From Lophium mytilinum (taxonomy: Eukaryota), in NCBI GenBank assembly GCA_010093605.1, contig MU004188.1, positions 1,615,673-1,679,672 of the forward strand: a DNA stretch of 64,000 bases. Reading direction: 5' to 3'. Positions 51,162-64,000 of the stretch are shown one piece after another. The translations under genes and the position numbers were made by a program. The notes below the pieces were generated by a model. It searched no databases. It worked only from the letters and a program-made list of their open reading frames with translations, and was not told the origin of the DNA. Every line of letters starts with the position of its first letter. Within the stretch, counting starts at the first letter, position 1.

Positions 51162-53217
51162 CTACCTCTGATTACGCGGATTCATCTCAATAACCACAGC
51201 GTCAACTTCCTCCTTGGACGTCGCGTACTGGCTCCCAAATTTCTCCTGCGAATTGCCGCTCCCTAGCGACGCCGCCGACGGGTCGCGAGGCTCGTTGTGG
51301 CCGAAGCGGCCGGAGACAGTTTGGGCGGCGGATATGAACCAGGGCAGTTTTCCCTGCTGCGGTTTTACTATAGAAGAGTCAGCGGTCGAAGGGTCAAAAC
51401 AGGGGTTTGGCAATGGCTTACCGGTCCAGTACTCGCGGTGATCTTCGTCATCAGGCACGATACGGCCGCGGGAGATAAGCTTGGTGAGGTATATAGGGCC
51501 ATTGAGGGCGGCGTAGACCATTATCCCGGCAATCAAGCCATAGGCTGTGGAGTAACCGAAGGGGATGAACATGACGGTGACAAATGCTGGGATGGCATCG
51601 CCAATGTAGCGCCAATTGATGTTGACGATTTGGCGAATCATTAAGCAGCCGACCTAGGATGTGTTAAAAGAAATCTCATAGGAGGATTGTAGACATCATA
51701 CCAGTATCAAGGTGCAGCCAGTAGCCCAGGGAGGTATCGAAGCGAAGATTGGGGCGAAGAACATGGATACTAAGAAGCAGAACCCGCAGGTCATAGCCGT
51801 TAAGCCAGTCTTGCCGCCCTCGGCAATACCAGCGCCAGACTCGATGAAAGCTGTGACAGGAGAACAGCCGAAAATCGCACCGATCGAGATACAGAGAGCA
51901 TCGGTGCAGTACGCGAGTGTCGAGCGAGGGAAGTCCCCGGTCTCCGGGTCGACGACGCCGGAGAAGCGCGCCATGCTGTAGAGAGTGGCGGTACAGTCGA
52001 TAATATCAACATAAAGAAATGTGAAAAGAGCGAGAGCGAAATGAGTGGGTGCTGCGGTGATGTCCCAGTCCATAGCGTTGAGGGTGGAGTGGATTGGTTT
52101 GAATGCAACAACTTTCTTGAAAAAGTCAAAGCGAGATTCTCCAGCCTCATTGTAGGGGAAGTAGGTAAAAGATGTGGTTCGGGGCCATGACATGATGGAA
52201 ACGATGGCGATACCGACGAGAATAGCGCTCTTAACTTTGTATGACATAAGATAGGAAGTCACGATGCCTCCACAAAAGATGCCGATCCACATGGTAGGAC
52301 TGGTCATCTTGTGGCTTGTACAGAAACCATTCGCATCCAAATATTCCGGTGGGCAACCGGCAATGTCCAAGGGCGTGGCCGTTCCTCCGGTGATCGCACC
52401 AATGCCAGCAGAGTAAGTGAGGCCAATCTCAGCAAGGAATAAGCCAATACCGCAACCGCTCGCAATCTTGATGGAGCTCGGGATCATCTTGACCAGCCAC
52501 TGCCTCATTCCTATCAAGGAGAGGAATATGAAGATGAAGCCTTCAATGAAGACAGCGGTGAGAGCAAGCCGGTATGAGACGCCGCCGGTGCCGTGGAAAC
52601 CGACAACTTGGTAGGCGAAGTAGGCATTGAGGCCCATTCCGGGACTATTTGGCTCATTGTCAGAATATACGCAACCGCACAAAAACAAGACACCTACGCT
52701 AGGCAGACTGGCATGTTGGTCATAAAGCCGAAGAGGAAAGAGCTGAATCCTGCTATGGCGGCAGTAGCAGTGACGAGATCTCGGTTCAGATCTAGCTCGT
52801 ATTAGCTATGTACGTCAAAAAGACGAAGTCAGCACAAGCTCACCGAGAAGGCAAGCATTGTAGGCAGGGTCTGCAGCACAAGTAGGGTCCGTCGTGTCAG
52901 TGCAGACGCATGTTCCTCCAGAGTCAGTCAATATCGAGGCCTTCTGTTGTCAGTGGTTTTCGATATGAAGGGAGTCAGAACGCACGTTAACGGCAATAAT
53001 ATACGCCATGGTGAAGAAGGTCGTAATTCCCGCACGAAGTTCGGTCAAGAACCTCGTGTTCGGGATTTCCTTGTCCTTGAGAGGGGTCAGTATCAGAGGT
53101 GTGCTCACCGCGGGGTAGACTCACATGTCCAGAGCCCTCAAGCCGGAAGATACGTCCAAAGGTAGACGCACCCATCCGATCATTGATGGTGGTGCATGTC
53201 TGCCGGATGGCGTCCAT
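51162..53217 (-). CDS. AzgA-like purine (adenine/guanine/hypoxanthine) permease, multi-exon
   Basis: ELRAGITTFFTMAYIIAVN, PGMGLNAYFAY, FIESGAGIAEGGKTGLTA, IPPWAT motifs; ATG 53217 (MDAIRQ...). Confidence 0.92.
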
Positions 53218-53930
53218 GGCGAAACGAAAGAAGTGGCGCGGAAAACTGAAGAGTCTGTGACCTTCGGAAGGGAAACAAATTCTCTGGTTGGAACGAACGT
53301 GGGGAGCGAGGGACAGCAAGTGACTGTGCTTTTGGGCTCGGAGAATATATAGCAGATAGCCAGAGCACAAGCAAATATGACGGAAGATGAGATCAATACC
53401 AGTGCTCCTTGATCAAATACTCTTGGAAGACAATTCGGGGATCCGGGGCGTAGAAAAACAGGGTAGATCATCAAATCAGTCCCAAAGCCATAGAAGCCCA
53501 CTGGAGGCCAGACATCTGCGGCGCCATAGGCCAACAGAAGACAGCTGAACCGGACGCATGGCGTCGTTCCTGGGCGTGACAGAAAACGCCTGCGCCTTAA
53601 CTTTGTTTTGGCTTGGTGCCAGGCACACGTCGCTGGCTAGTGGGCAAGTAAGGTTTTGCCGGACGGCGTCGGTTAGCGGCACGTCTCGTCGGCTCGATCT
53701 GGCGAATCCTCGTATGGGCCCCTTACCAGGCATGCCCTCCACTGCCCTCGTGGGTGAAGAGATGGTGTTCGTCCAGCGAGTCAGGGAGGTTGGAGGTTGG
53801 CGGATGGGCCCGCCATGCACGGAGCATCCAGCATCTGGACCGGCATCGATTCCGCAGGGCCAACCGAGCAGATCTCCACAGGAGATCGATCGTTCCGCCC
53901 TATCATCCACCGCGGGCTGCTGGAGTTCGA

Positions 53931-53957
53931 CTGAGTCAACTCAGTCAACTGAGTCAA
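53931..53957. promoter_or_regulatory. Two TGAGTCA (Gcn4/CpcA-type bZIP) sites in a 9-bp triplication
   Basis: CTGAGTCAA CTCAGTCAA CTGAGTCAA in the divergent intergenic region. Confidence 0.4.
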
Positions 53958-54660
53958 CACGTTTCAGTGCGGCATCAGGGTAGTAACGGTGCAGTAACGG
54001 TACGGTGTTTACTCCGTCGTGACGCAGGAACGCATAATGTTGAGCAAGGACGCCATGAGTAAAAGGATGGCATATTGCAGCCTTTCGACGGCGGCATCGG
54101 GAGCTGCATCGCCAGCTGCATCTCGGCCTCCCCGTCACACCCCTCATGTTGTTCCCAGCCAAGCGGCGCATGGCCCGCCTGTGGCTGCCCCCTTCTTCCA
54201 GAAGATGGTGTCCGCTGTCACTTCGGCCTCGTATCACTACGTGTGGCGCCCCCTCCGCTAGAGCCTGCGCCAGGAACAGCACCAGCCAGCAGCCGGACTG
54301 CGATCCACGGGGGCTCGATTCCATCTCATCTAGGGCATATCGTACGACACCAGCGGCCCCAATCATGTCGCTTGCCGCGCGTGGCCAGTGAGATTCGAGC
54401 ATCGTGGCAGCTTGATTAAGCCACCACCACGTTGTGCCGAGTGATTTCTCTTTGCTTTCGGGACAAGCGCAAGAGACGTGCTTCCAGCCAGCCGCATTGC
54501 TGGGAAATGCGTCCGAGGCCTTCCTGTCAATCTCCCATGTCGTCTCCTGGCCCTTGGGATTTGAAAGTCCAGACTGCCGGCCCGCCTTCCTTGTGACGTT
54601 TAGTGTTTTTGATCCCCAGAGCCCGTCTCTCCACATCTTTCCCTTGAAGCTTTGCCGACC

Positions 54661-56783
54661 ATGTTCGCCGCCGACTTGTCTTGGACAGACCCGACAGACA
54701 TCAAGGTCGGGGCTCGTAAAGAACAGAAGTTGAAAGAAGAGCAGAGCCGGCCTCCTTCTGCTAGAAGTGCGAAACCTCCTTCCGTCAAAAGTTCTAAATC
54801 TAGCAAAAAAGATAGCCTCTGGCGTTCTTCAACAAGAGACACCAAAAACTTGTCTATCCCGACAATCACGCCCTCAAAGAAGTCGAAGACTTTACCGAAA
54901 GCTTCGACTTCGCCCAAGTCAACTGTGGAGAATGGCCCTTATGAGTTGGAGGAAACACGAAAGCGGTCTCCAAAATCTCCTCCGAAACATCTCAACTTAT
55001 CACTAAAGGACCCATCTCTGCACCCAGCCTGGACCTATTCGGGAACTCTTTCGCCAAAACTTCCTTCAGGTGACTCTTTCGATCTGCCCGGAGTACTTCC
55101 AGACCCCCCTCGGACATCGTGGTCTCGCAAGTCCAGCTCGAGAGGCTCGAATACCTCTAGTAAGTTTGCATTCGCCCAGGCGCATCCCATAACTTCGCTA
55201 ACAATCAAATTAAGGAGAGAACCCACCCGAGCAAATATGCACCGATACGATCATTGACGAGGTCCACGAGATCCAGCAACTGTCCCCTACATCCTTCGTT
55301 TCCCGCACAACGCGGCGCAGTACCGAGGTTAGTGTCGACAATCTCCCTTTCGGATATGCCAGCAAGCTGAAACCTCTAGAGGTCTGCGCCGTGGAACGAA
55401 CGCCAGTGCCCCCCGTGACTGTGCAAGAGAATGTGAAGTACGACAGGTAAGACTGTTTTCTAGATCTGCCAGAACTAGTTTGACTGGGTATAGGATTACC
55501 TCAATCGTCGAGATCCAGGGATGTCTTGATCCTTTACAAGACTTTAAGCTCGATGAAGCCAGCGATGTTAAGCTCAGAGAAAACTCCCCGCTTGACAATA
55601 AGATTCCGGACATTGCCTTCGTGGCCACTCCTGCTACAAAGGAGATAGCGCCATATTCGAGCAGCATATCTCCGACTCTAGTGTCTTGGAAGGCACCCTT
55701 AGAGTGGGAGGTGAACTTGTCCTGCGCCTCGACCCTGAATGATCATCGTCTATCGTCAGTCACAGAGCTTTCGGCAGACAGTACCGCCGATGACTTGACG
55801 CACTTTCAGCGCTTCATTCGCCGCATGGAGAACGCTGGACCCAGAATCATCCTTGATAGACTAAGAGAGGAATGGCATGACGTAGACGAAGAAGCAGACG
55901 ACGAGTTGAAATTGGAAAAACAGCTCTGGGTGTTGACAGCATTGCAACTGCAAACCCTTGACAAGTCGACCGAAGATAGCCCAGGACAGCTACTGCGGGT
56001 GCCCTCAACAACCCAACCGATAGGCCACAAGAAAAACATCCTGGAGCTGTATGGCAACATCGGTAAATCAACCCAACCATTATCGCAATTCGAAGTCTAA
56101 CACATTACCCAGCTGAGGTCTACCAACTCTCTGCCATGCAAGCAAAATCAAAAATATACTACCTCTCCACAAAGCCACAGGGCCAAGTCACGTTACCCGC
56201 AAACGTCTCATACCTAAGCGTTCCCCAAGCCGGCTCAGTGCCCTTCCCCTATGCCGCGAACTCGTTCAACCACATCCGAGCAAGTTCTCTACCATCTCTC
56301 GTCCCCAGCGCCAAACTTCCCCAACTCTTCCGAGAATGCTACCGACTGCTCGCTCCGGGCGGCGTGCTAGAGATACGTCTTATGGACTCATGCCCAGACC
56401 GGCAGACAGCGGGTCCCAAGATGCGCATGTGGACGGAAGACAGAGTATCGCTCAACCTCGAAAAGTCCTTCCGGTGCTCGAGGCCATGCACGCTCGTGCC
56501 GACTTGGGTGAAGGAGGCTGGGTTCAGCCTGGAGAATGAAGACTCCGGGAGTACGATACAGACATTGCAGATCCCCACGGCGGTGGATTCCGCTGACGGG
56601 ACTGTTAATGATGAACTCTCCACGCTTGTGGGGCGGGCGCTTTGGAAAGACGTCTGGGGAGAGTTTGTTGATGATGTACCCGGAGAGCCCAAGTGGTTCT
56701 GGGAAGACGAGTCGATTATGGAGGAGTGTTTGGCGAGGAAGACGGTTATTGAGTGCTGTACGCTGTTTGCGTTCAAGAAGTGA
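54661..56783 (+). CDS. Conserved fungal protein with C-terminal class I SAM methyltransferase-like fold, multi-exon
   Basis: MFAADLSWTD... low-complexity start; FQRFIRRMENAGPRIIL; PFPYAANSFNHI...ECYRLLAPGGVLEI; several GT-AG introns. Confidence 0.8.
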
Positions 56784-58371
56784 CGCTATCCTTCTTTCTA
56801 TGGCTTTCATTTGTATCGGGACTCCGTTTCCTTGCTTCCTTTTGTTGGAGTAGGCTAGCTGTAATAGCAGCAGGTGATTGTCTTCTCTTATACCCTAATC
56901 ATGTTATGTCGCTGATCGAATTCTTACTTGCTCCTATGTAGTTCGTAGAAGTGGCCCCGTAGAAGTAGCTTCGCCGATTATTGTCAGGAACAATGACAGT
57001 GTATTCTGTAGTGTTATTTAATGATCAATGCTTTGAGTAAAATACAGGTATCTTAAGATGAAGAGAATTTTCGAAGTGGAAGACATGACTTAGCAATTGG
57101 GCCCCCCAAATATCGTCTCCGTTTCCCAGTGGAACTTTTCCCTTGATAAGGCGATCGCCCGTTCTGGCAAATCCAGAGTCTCCCTAGTCCGCTCTCTCGG
57201 CCATTTTCGGAAAGATTTCGACTCGCCCTTGCATATCAGATTCGACCAAGAGAGTCCCTGCTTGGCAGTCTGTCAAGGACACAAGATGGAATATTCGCGT
57301 TTGAGATAGAGTGCGCGAGGTGAATAGCTAGGTCCGCGTGAGCAGTAAATATTGGGAGACAGGGATTCACTGAATGGTCGACCGCCGCTCTAAGACCGTA
57401 TATGCTTGCATGCGTAATTCCGAAATCAGTCGCAGGATCGGTAGAAAATCGCCCTTCATAGGGGAAATGAAATGGTAGATACCGAGTCTTTTCTCGCGCA
57501 TGGCTCGTATTGCTTTGGGTATAGTAACATCGAAGTCGATATCCTTGCTGGGCGTATAGTCGATATTACACATCCCGGCCCAGTAGGCTACCAGAGCAAC
57601 CTCGTACTGTGCTTCGTGGTGGCTTGATGCAAAAGACGACAGCGTAAGGACGAGTCGAAAATAGAAGTAGGATCATTCATCTTGATAGGCGATAAAGTAG
57701 ATACTCGCGGCAGATCTCGGACGCGAGGAGCGTGGATCCCCTAATATGATTTATGTTTCAGTTTTCATGTAGCTAGAAACCTACGAAATATATATGATAC
57801 ACTTCCAAGTCTCGTCAAGCTTCTGTAAAGAGTGCAGCTATCTCGTCAGAGTCCTAGGTCGATTTACCGCAAATATGTCTGGGTTGACGGATTACCTTCA
57901 AGGATCTGTCATGAAATGTGCACTGCACCCCAAGAACTGGCAATTGAATTTTAGTATATTTTCTGAGATATCGCCGATCGTGAAAGTATCGGTTTGTCCA
58001 TCGACAGCTTACCGAGCTTCCCCGCTCCGAGAAATTTACCTCCTAAGTCAACGACTAAGTGCTGGAGGACTATTATGGATACATATATACCCCTGGGTGT
58101 CTGAGCTCCCACGTGCAGTAGTAATCAAGCATGCGTGGCCCAACGAGCTGGCTATCTTATAGTGTGATGAGTGCTGAGATTCTCGTTGCTGTGATGATAC
58201 TGCGGCCTTGACCTCCACGATAGTGTAGGTTAGAGATGATTAAAGCAGCCTTGGTCGAGGAAAGAGACCTAGACTTCAAGTCCGCAGAGTGAGATACCCT
58301 TGAGGAGTGCCAGCTCAGCCGAGAACGTCGTCTTCCATATTCAATACCAAAGGTTGCTCTTATGCCGGCAC

Positions 58372-59220
58372 TCAATAGTCCCTCGAACTGTCAATAATGT
58401 CCGACTCATTGGTCGCCATCTCGCACTTGGCCTTGCTTTCCTCAATCCACGTTTCGAACTTCAGCACGCCTGCTTGGATGGCCCTAATCGGCGTGACTTT
58501 TACGCCACCCAGATCTTTTCCCGTCTTTTCTACTTCGTCGTCACCACTCTCCTGCGTGGCGTCCCACGAAGGTCTGTCTGAGAATTCTGGTCTGTCACGA
58601 AAATCCAAAGCAGAAGAATCACTCTGTAGCCCAGGCTCTACAGGTATCCACGGCTGCGGGTGTCCAACTGGCGGATCCACCTCTTCCTTCAACTCAATGG
58701 CGATATTGAAGCTACAATCATGTGGCAGCGGCGCTAGCTGAGCACAACGGGTATGCAGCAGCGTGAGTGCTGCACGAAATTGCTCTGACAGATTTGGGCT
58801 CGTAGATGCATCTAAACGTGGCGTCTTCGCTTTCGCTTTCCCTTTATCATCCACAACCTCGGGCTCCGGCGCAAACTGCACATCCGTCTCCCAGTCTGCT
58901 TTCCCGACCTTCGGAAACGAGGCCACATCGATCACGAACCGCTCCATCACATTTACGCGCCGTGAGTCGGCTGCATTGTATATAGCCACGACTACCCTCG
59001 CGACTGTGCCTTTGAGTAGCTCGGTGCGGACAGCAGCGATAGCGTCGGTAATCCAGCCGCAGACGGCTGGGTGGCGATTTTGGAAGATAGCGGTGTTGTG
59101 GAAGCGGGCGGTGAGGAAGGTGGCGCGGGGGTACAGGTTGCGGAGGGCGAGGAGGGTGTGAGTATAGGCGGTCAGGAAGGTCGTGAAGTGGGTGAGGTTT
59201 TGGATGTATGTTTCCGGCAT
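58372..59220 (-). CDS. REV7: HORMA-domain DNA polymerase zeta accessory subunit
   Basis: HTLLALRNLYPRATFLTARFHNTAIFQNRHPAVCGWI, MERFVIDV, PIRAIQAGVLKFETWIEESKAK. Confidence 0.85.
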   Translation of the reverse strand: MPETYIQNLTHFTTFLTAYTHTLLALRNLYPRATFLTARFHNTAIFQNRHPAVCGWITDAIAAVRTELLKGTVARVVVAIYNAADSRRVNVMERFVIDVASFPKVGKADWETDVQFAPEPEVVDDKGKAKAKTPRLDASTSPNLSEQFRAALTLLHTRCAQLAPLPHDCSFNIAIELKEEVDPPVGHPQPWIPVEPGLQSDSSALDFRDRPEFSDRPSWDATQESGDDEVEKTGKDLGGVKVTPIRAIQAGVLKFETWIEESKAKCEMATNESDIIDSSRDY

Positions 59221-59851
59221 TGTGGGTCTGAGACGGGATTAACAGCTCTCGGGGGTTGTGTTTCGGAAGCGGTATGATACTTTATAAGGTCCTCTCGAAG
59301 ATTGTTGGTGGCGCTCAGACAGTGAATGTTGGTGAGATGTGAAGGAGGGAAGGTAGTGTGAATTGCCACAGTGCGGCCACCAAGCAACTCGAAGCTAGGC
59401 ATTGCGTAGATCCATCACTCCTCCTCTGCATGCGAAGCAGAATGGGTACAATGGACACTGGGAACGAAAATGTGCTAAAACTGTTTTCCATGGTGGTTCA
59501 ATGATTGTGACTGGAATAAGCTTTCCCCGCAATTTGGGGTAGCCTAGGGATGCTACCTAGGTATTCTCCGAGCTCCAGCTTCAACGCTGACTCGCCCGCT
59601 TCCTGCTTGCCACCTCCGTCAACGCACCTTGCAAGCCTCGGCTGAATGATGCCCCTCAGAGTGACGGCACTTAAGAGCTCCCCTGCGGTGATGGCCCCTC
59701 AGTTGCTCTGTGTGTGCCAAGACCGTGCCTTCAACTGCATTCTTGTTTAGTCTGGTGGATATACAGCTTTTCTTGCATTTGAATGCGTCTTGTGTCGTTT
59801 TGCTCTTGTCTTTGATATTTGTGCATTCGAATAGGAAATTGAGCTGTGAGC

Positions 59852-62124
59852 ATGGCGCGTAAGTTCGAGAGCTTCTCCCAAGTCATCACTTTACTCCATA
59901 TCACATCCTTTCTTCTTTCCATATGTTTTTTCCACTTTCAAACTACAAATCACCCTCCGGGTCATCCTCTAGCCTTTATCCTCATAGACGGCCTTATTAT
60001 TGTGGAAATCACGGCTTACGCCCGCAGTTCCCATCCTCGCCGGCGTAGCTGGCACCACCGCCCTTGCGGCCTATCTAAATGCAAAACACCACCTTGCCCA
60101 CGACCTATCTAAAAGCACCCTTACCCCTACAGATGCCGAGTTTGCCTGGCTCGCCAAGCGCGTGGCCATGCGTAAATTGACCACCTACGACATCTTCGAA
60201 GCACAGGCATTGCAGAACGTCCCGAACCAGATCTTCCTCATCTTTGAAGGCCGTGAGTTCACGTACCGAGAATTCTTCGACTATGTGACTAAAGCGGGAA
60301 ATTGGTTAATGAACGACCTGGGAGTTCGGCCAGAAGAGGTGGTCGCGTTGAACGGAGGCAATTCCCCAGAGTTTCTGATGCTGTGGCTGGCGTTAGATGG
60401 CATAGGAGCAGTGCCCAGTTTCATCAACTACAACCTGACCGGAAACGCCTTAGTCCATTGCGTAAAGGCGAGTAAAAGTTCTTAGAGCTCCCCTACCAAG
60501 CCTGATAGAGTGCCTCAACATTACATATGACTCGTTGGATACGACTAACAGTCTACAGCTTTGCGAGAGTAGATACCTGATCTCAGACAGCGACGTCCAA
60601 CCCAACGTCGAACCATGCGCTCCAGAACTTGAAGAATCCGGAGTAAAGCTCCTCTACTACAATTCCGACTTCATCAACGGCCTTCCCTCCTCGGGACCGC
60701 TCCCTCAATCTCGTCGCGACTCAATCACTCTTGAGAGCCTTCGCGGCCTCATATATACCTCCGGAACCACCGGGCTCCCTAAAGGCACGCAAATGACTAC
60801 CGGACGGGAACTTCTCGTGGGCCATGTGACCGCCCGCTACCTTAACTTAAAGCCCTCCATCCGCTTCTACACCTGTATGCCCCTGTACCATGGCGCAGCT
60901 CATGGTCTGTGTCTCACTCCCTCTATCCATGCTGGTTGCACATTAGTGCTAGGCCGCAAGTTTAGTCACAAGACCTTCTGGCCGGAAGTGAGTTCAAGTA
61001 GGGCAGATATCATCCAGTACGTAGGCGAGCTATGCCGATACCTGTATACCGCAGCGCCCTCGCCCCTAGAACGCGCCCACAACGTGAAAATGGCGTGGGG
61101 CAATGGCATGCGTCCAGACGTCTGGGAGCCTTTCCGCGAACGGTTCAATATACCGTGTATCAACGAGCTATATGCCGCCACGGATGGATTAGGTTCGTCC
61201 TTTAATCGGAACCATGGACCCTTTACGCAGCACGCAATTGGGCTAAGGGGACTTGTATGGCACTGGAAAAATGGAAAGAACGAGGTCAGGGTTAAGATGG
61301 ATGTGGATACCGAGGAAATTGTGAGGGATAAGAATGGTTTTGCGGTGAAAGCGGGGCCAAACGAGCCTGGCCAGGTGTTGCATAAGCTCGATCCTGCGTT
61401 ATTGGGTAGCGCGCCTACGTACTACAAGAATGAGATGGCGACAGTGGGGAGGAGGATGAGTGATGTGTTTGAGAAGGGAGATCTGTGAGTGTCTCTTTGC
61501 TTTTCAGCACCTTGCCATGTCCACAACGTTCTACATATCACCTGCCTGATCATTCATTGGGATATGTATGACAATTATTACGGCGTTATGGGAAGGCAGA
61601 GCTAACCCCAAGCTTGTTGTAGATGGTTTCGCTCAGGCGACATGATGCGGCAAGACGCTGACGGCCGCGTCTACTTCGTCGACCGCCTCGGCGACACATT
61701 CCGTTGGAAATCCGAAAACGTTTCAACGAACGAGGTAGCAGACGTTCTGGGCCAATTCCACCAAATCGCCGAAGTCAACGTCTACGGTGTGCAAATCCCG
61801 CGCTCCGATGGGCGAGCAGGTGCTGCGTGTTTCGTTCTTGCTGGGGACGTGAAAGAGAGCGATGTTGATTACAAAGGGCTTGCGGAGCATGCGCTAGCGA
61901 GGCTGCCGCGATATGCGGTGCCGATATTTCTTCGTCTCAGCCCAGCGCTGGAATACACGGGGACTTTGAAGATTCAGAAGGGGCGGTTGAAGATGGAGGG
62001 AGTCGACCCAGAGAAGGTTTCTGGAGGTGATAAGGTGTTTTGGTTGCCGCCAGGGGAGGAGTGCTATGTGCCGTTCCAAAAGGGGGATTGGGAGGGCCTA
62101 GGTTCGGGGAGGGTGAAGCTATAG
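59852..62124 (+). CDS. FAT1: Very-long-chain acyl-CoA synthetase / fatty acid transport protein, 4 exons
   Basis: 7-nt first exon ATGGCGC|GTAAGT spliced to 60028 (MALPILAG...); IYTSGTTGLPKG, YVGELCRY, FVDRLGDTFRWKSENVST; ends GRVKL. Confidence 0.93.
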
Positions 62125-62645
62125 GTGTAGAAACAAGCAAGAGTGGCTCATTAACATATCGAATGAGACATTATTCAAAGTTTTATTGGACCAATCCACC
62201 GCTTGCATGTGCGGGTTTTCGAGATTCAACTATTGCGTCAGAGTCAGAAAAGACTTGGCAAACTAATGTGCTATCAGTATCTTCTCAAACCATAGTCGCT
62301 ATCAGTGTGATAACACGGGCTTAATACCGCAACCGGGATATGTTGCCCTGAAGAGAGTCGTGCTGAGTGTTCATCTCACAATGGCTGTTCATAGAAATCC
62401 GTACTCTCGTTGACAACTACTTGAGGAGCCCCATGGTGTTTTCAGCGTTCCGAATAAGAGAACAGCACGATATTTTAGACTACGAGTAAACTCATGAGGC
62501 TCCTCCAGGCAGCGTCAACATAGTGTCAACAAGTTGAAGGCATATACGTTACCCCCGGTTTCTAGTAATACGTTGGGGCCCCTCCAGCATTGGTAGGTAA
62601 GCGTACGGATATCTATGGGTGTATGCTCCACATCGGGTCATGTTC

Positions 62646-64000
62646 CTAATATACAGAACGATGCCCAGGAGATGGCACCTAGTGTAAGAGAACGCAGTTA
62701 GCTTCCCTAGCGCGACTACGAACAATTGATCGGAAACTCACGTAGTATCTTTCTCCTCCTGCTCCTACTTGAAGCTGCCCGCTGTATGTAAACTCCCTCA
62801 TTTCTGCCTCTGAGAGATGGGCAAAGATTCTTGACCCCACTACAGCTTCGTGAACTTTCGAGATCTCAAAGCTATCGATATGGGTAGTTCTCAGTATGCT
62901 ATCCACGACGTCTGACCACTTTCCTTCGATGAGGCTACATCTTGAGTAACGGACTTCACGAAGCGTGCTGGCGTGTCGAAGCGCAAGATCAACAAGTTCT
63001 TGAGCAGAAGCATGCACGCCTCCGAGGCTCAGAAAGCGCAGGTGGGGCCAGGTAGTGGTCTTCCCCAACACAAGTGAAACGGCTGAGGTGTTCGGTGCCC
63101 ACGACTGTGGACTCGGGTGCCATTTGTGCAGATGAAGAGATAGAGTCCGCAATTCCTTAGCGCCACGAAGAAGTCCCCGAAGCGCTGTAAGGTGACTAGG
63201 TATTGACGATGACGTACCGAGTATCGCTAGTGAAAGAGGTAAGTCTAGATTGTGCAGCGTGCTGAACAGATGAAGGCCGGCTTGTAGTTGTGCCTGGTCG
63301 GGCAACTCAAAGGCGTAGCTAGTGAAGATCGTGCCCTGGGGCTCGGAGGGTCTATCCGCGGCTTCTACGCGAAAGGTTCGAATGCCTGAGTATTTGACTA
63401 GAGCTAGGGCGCCGATCAGGTAGTGGAAGCCGCGATGGCTGCACTGCTGAACAATGCCCTCAGAGCCACCGAATGATGGGGTAGAATGAGGCTCTCCGCG
63501 TGGAAGAATGTCCTTTGCCTCTTTCTTTTCGATTGGGACGTTCCGTGGCCCGGGCGAGTAGGTGATTGTGGTGACATTTGGCAGCGATTCGAGGCCTCGT
63601 TCCAGAGTACGAAAGAGAATGAGGGAGTCCTGAATGCCTTCCTGGTCGTGGTAGAGTTGTTGGTACTGCTTGAATCTCTTACGTCGGCCCCAGCTGTCCA
63701 AGCGATAGGCATCACACTCGGCTCGACTCAAGTGAGCCATGTAGACTTGCTCATTAGTAGCGAGGCCCGCGTCGTACACCGAGCCATCGTAGACAATCTC
63801 CTTCACGTACTTGTGATATACAGCATGCTGGAAAATAGTTTGGAACGCGCCCAATGCTTGATACCTCGGAGCAACGAGCACACGTTGGAAAATGCTGGGC
63901 GTTGATATCTCAGCAAACCTTCTGCAGACGCCTCTAACAGCTTTCAAGTCGAGGCGATCCAGATAGGCGAAGGTGTCGATGAGTAGCTCCGAGGGGAGAT
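62646..64000 (-). CDS. F-box-like protein with LRR-like C-terminal region; 5' end outside window
   Basis: Frame open from the edge: LPSELLIDTFAYLDRLDLKAVRGVCRRF (F-box-like), later LRTLSL/LRFLSL repeats; final intron about 62741-62679, stop at 62648-62646. Confidence 0.75.

Noticed and set aside
57097..58300. Possible decayed minus-strand gene (frame around MCNIDYTPSK extends upstream to an in-frame TGA)
   Set aside because: No recognisable family or start; cannot be supported without BLASTX.

Overview
Gene-dense eukaryotic DNA from a filamentous ascomycete (Pezizomycotina; short GT-AG introns with CTRAC branch points, probably a dothideomycete, which is an inference). About 19 intron-containing or single-exon protein genes can be modelled. 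They include a membrane-anchored histidine-phosphatase-fold protein, the divergent ATP-citrate lyase pair ACL1/ACL2, CLF1, a 2-hydroxyacid dehydrogenase, a Zn2Cys6 factor, a mitochondrial carrier, a patatin fusion flanked by two small unknown paralogues, a DUF3824-like protein, a kelch-like membrane protein, an SDR, an AzgA-like purine permease, a methyltransferase-fold protein, REV7, FAT1 and a partial F-box protein. There are also two tRNA genes and three local tandem repeats (about 180, 107 and 121 bp). The standout is the tRNA-Asp(GTC) gene at 16293-16439 (-). It has a normal 19-nt anticodon-loop intron plus a second 56-nt insert in the variable loop with complete spliceosomal signals (GTAAGC...GCTAAC...CAG). 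Exact removal of both restores a canonical 72-nt tRNA. All gene models were spliced by eye and no database searches were run.
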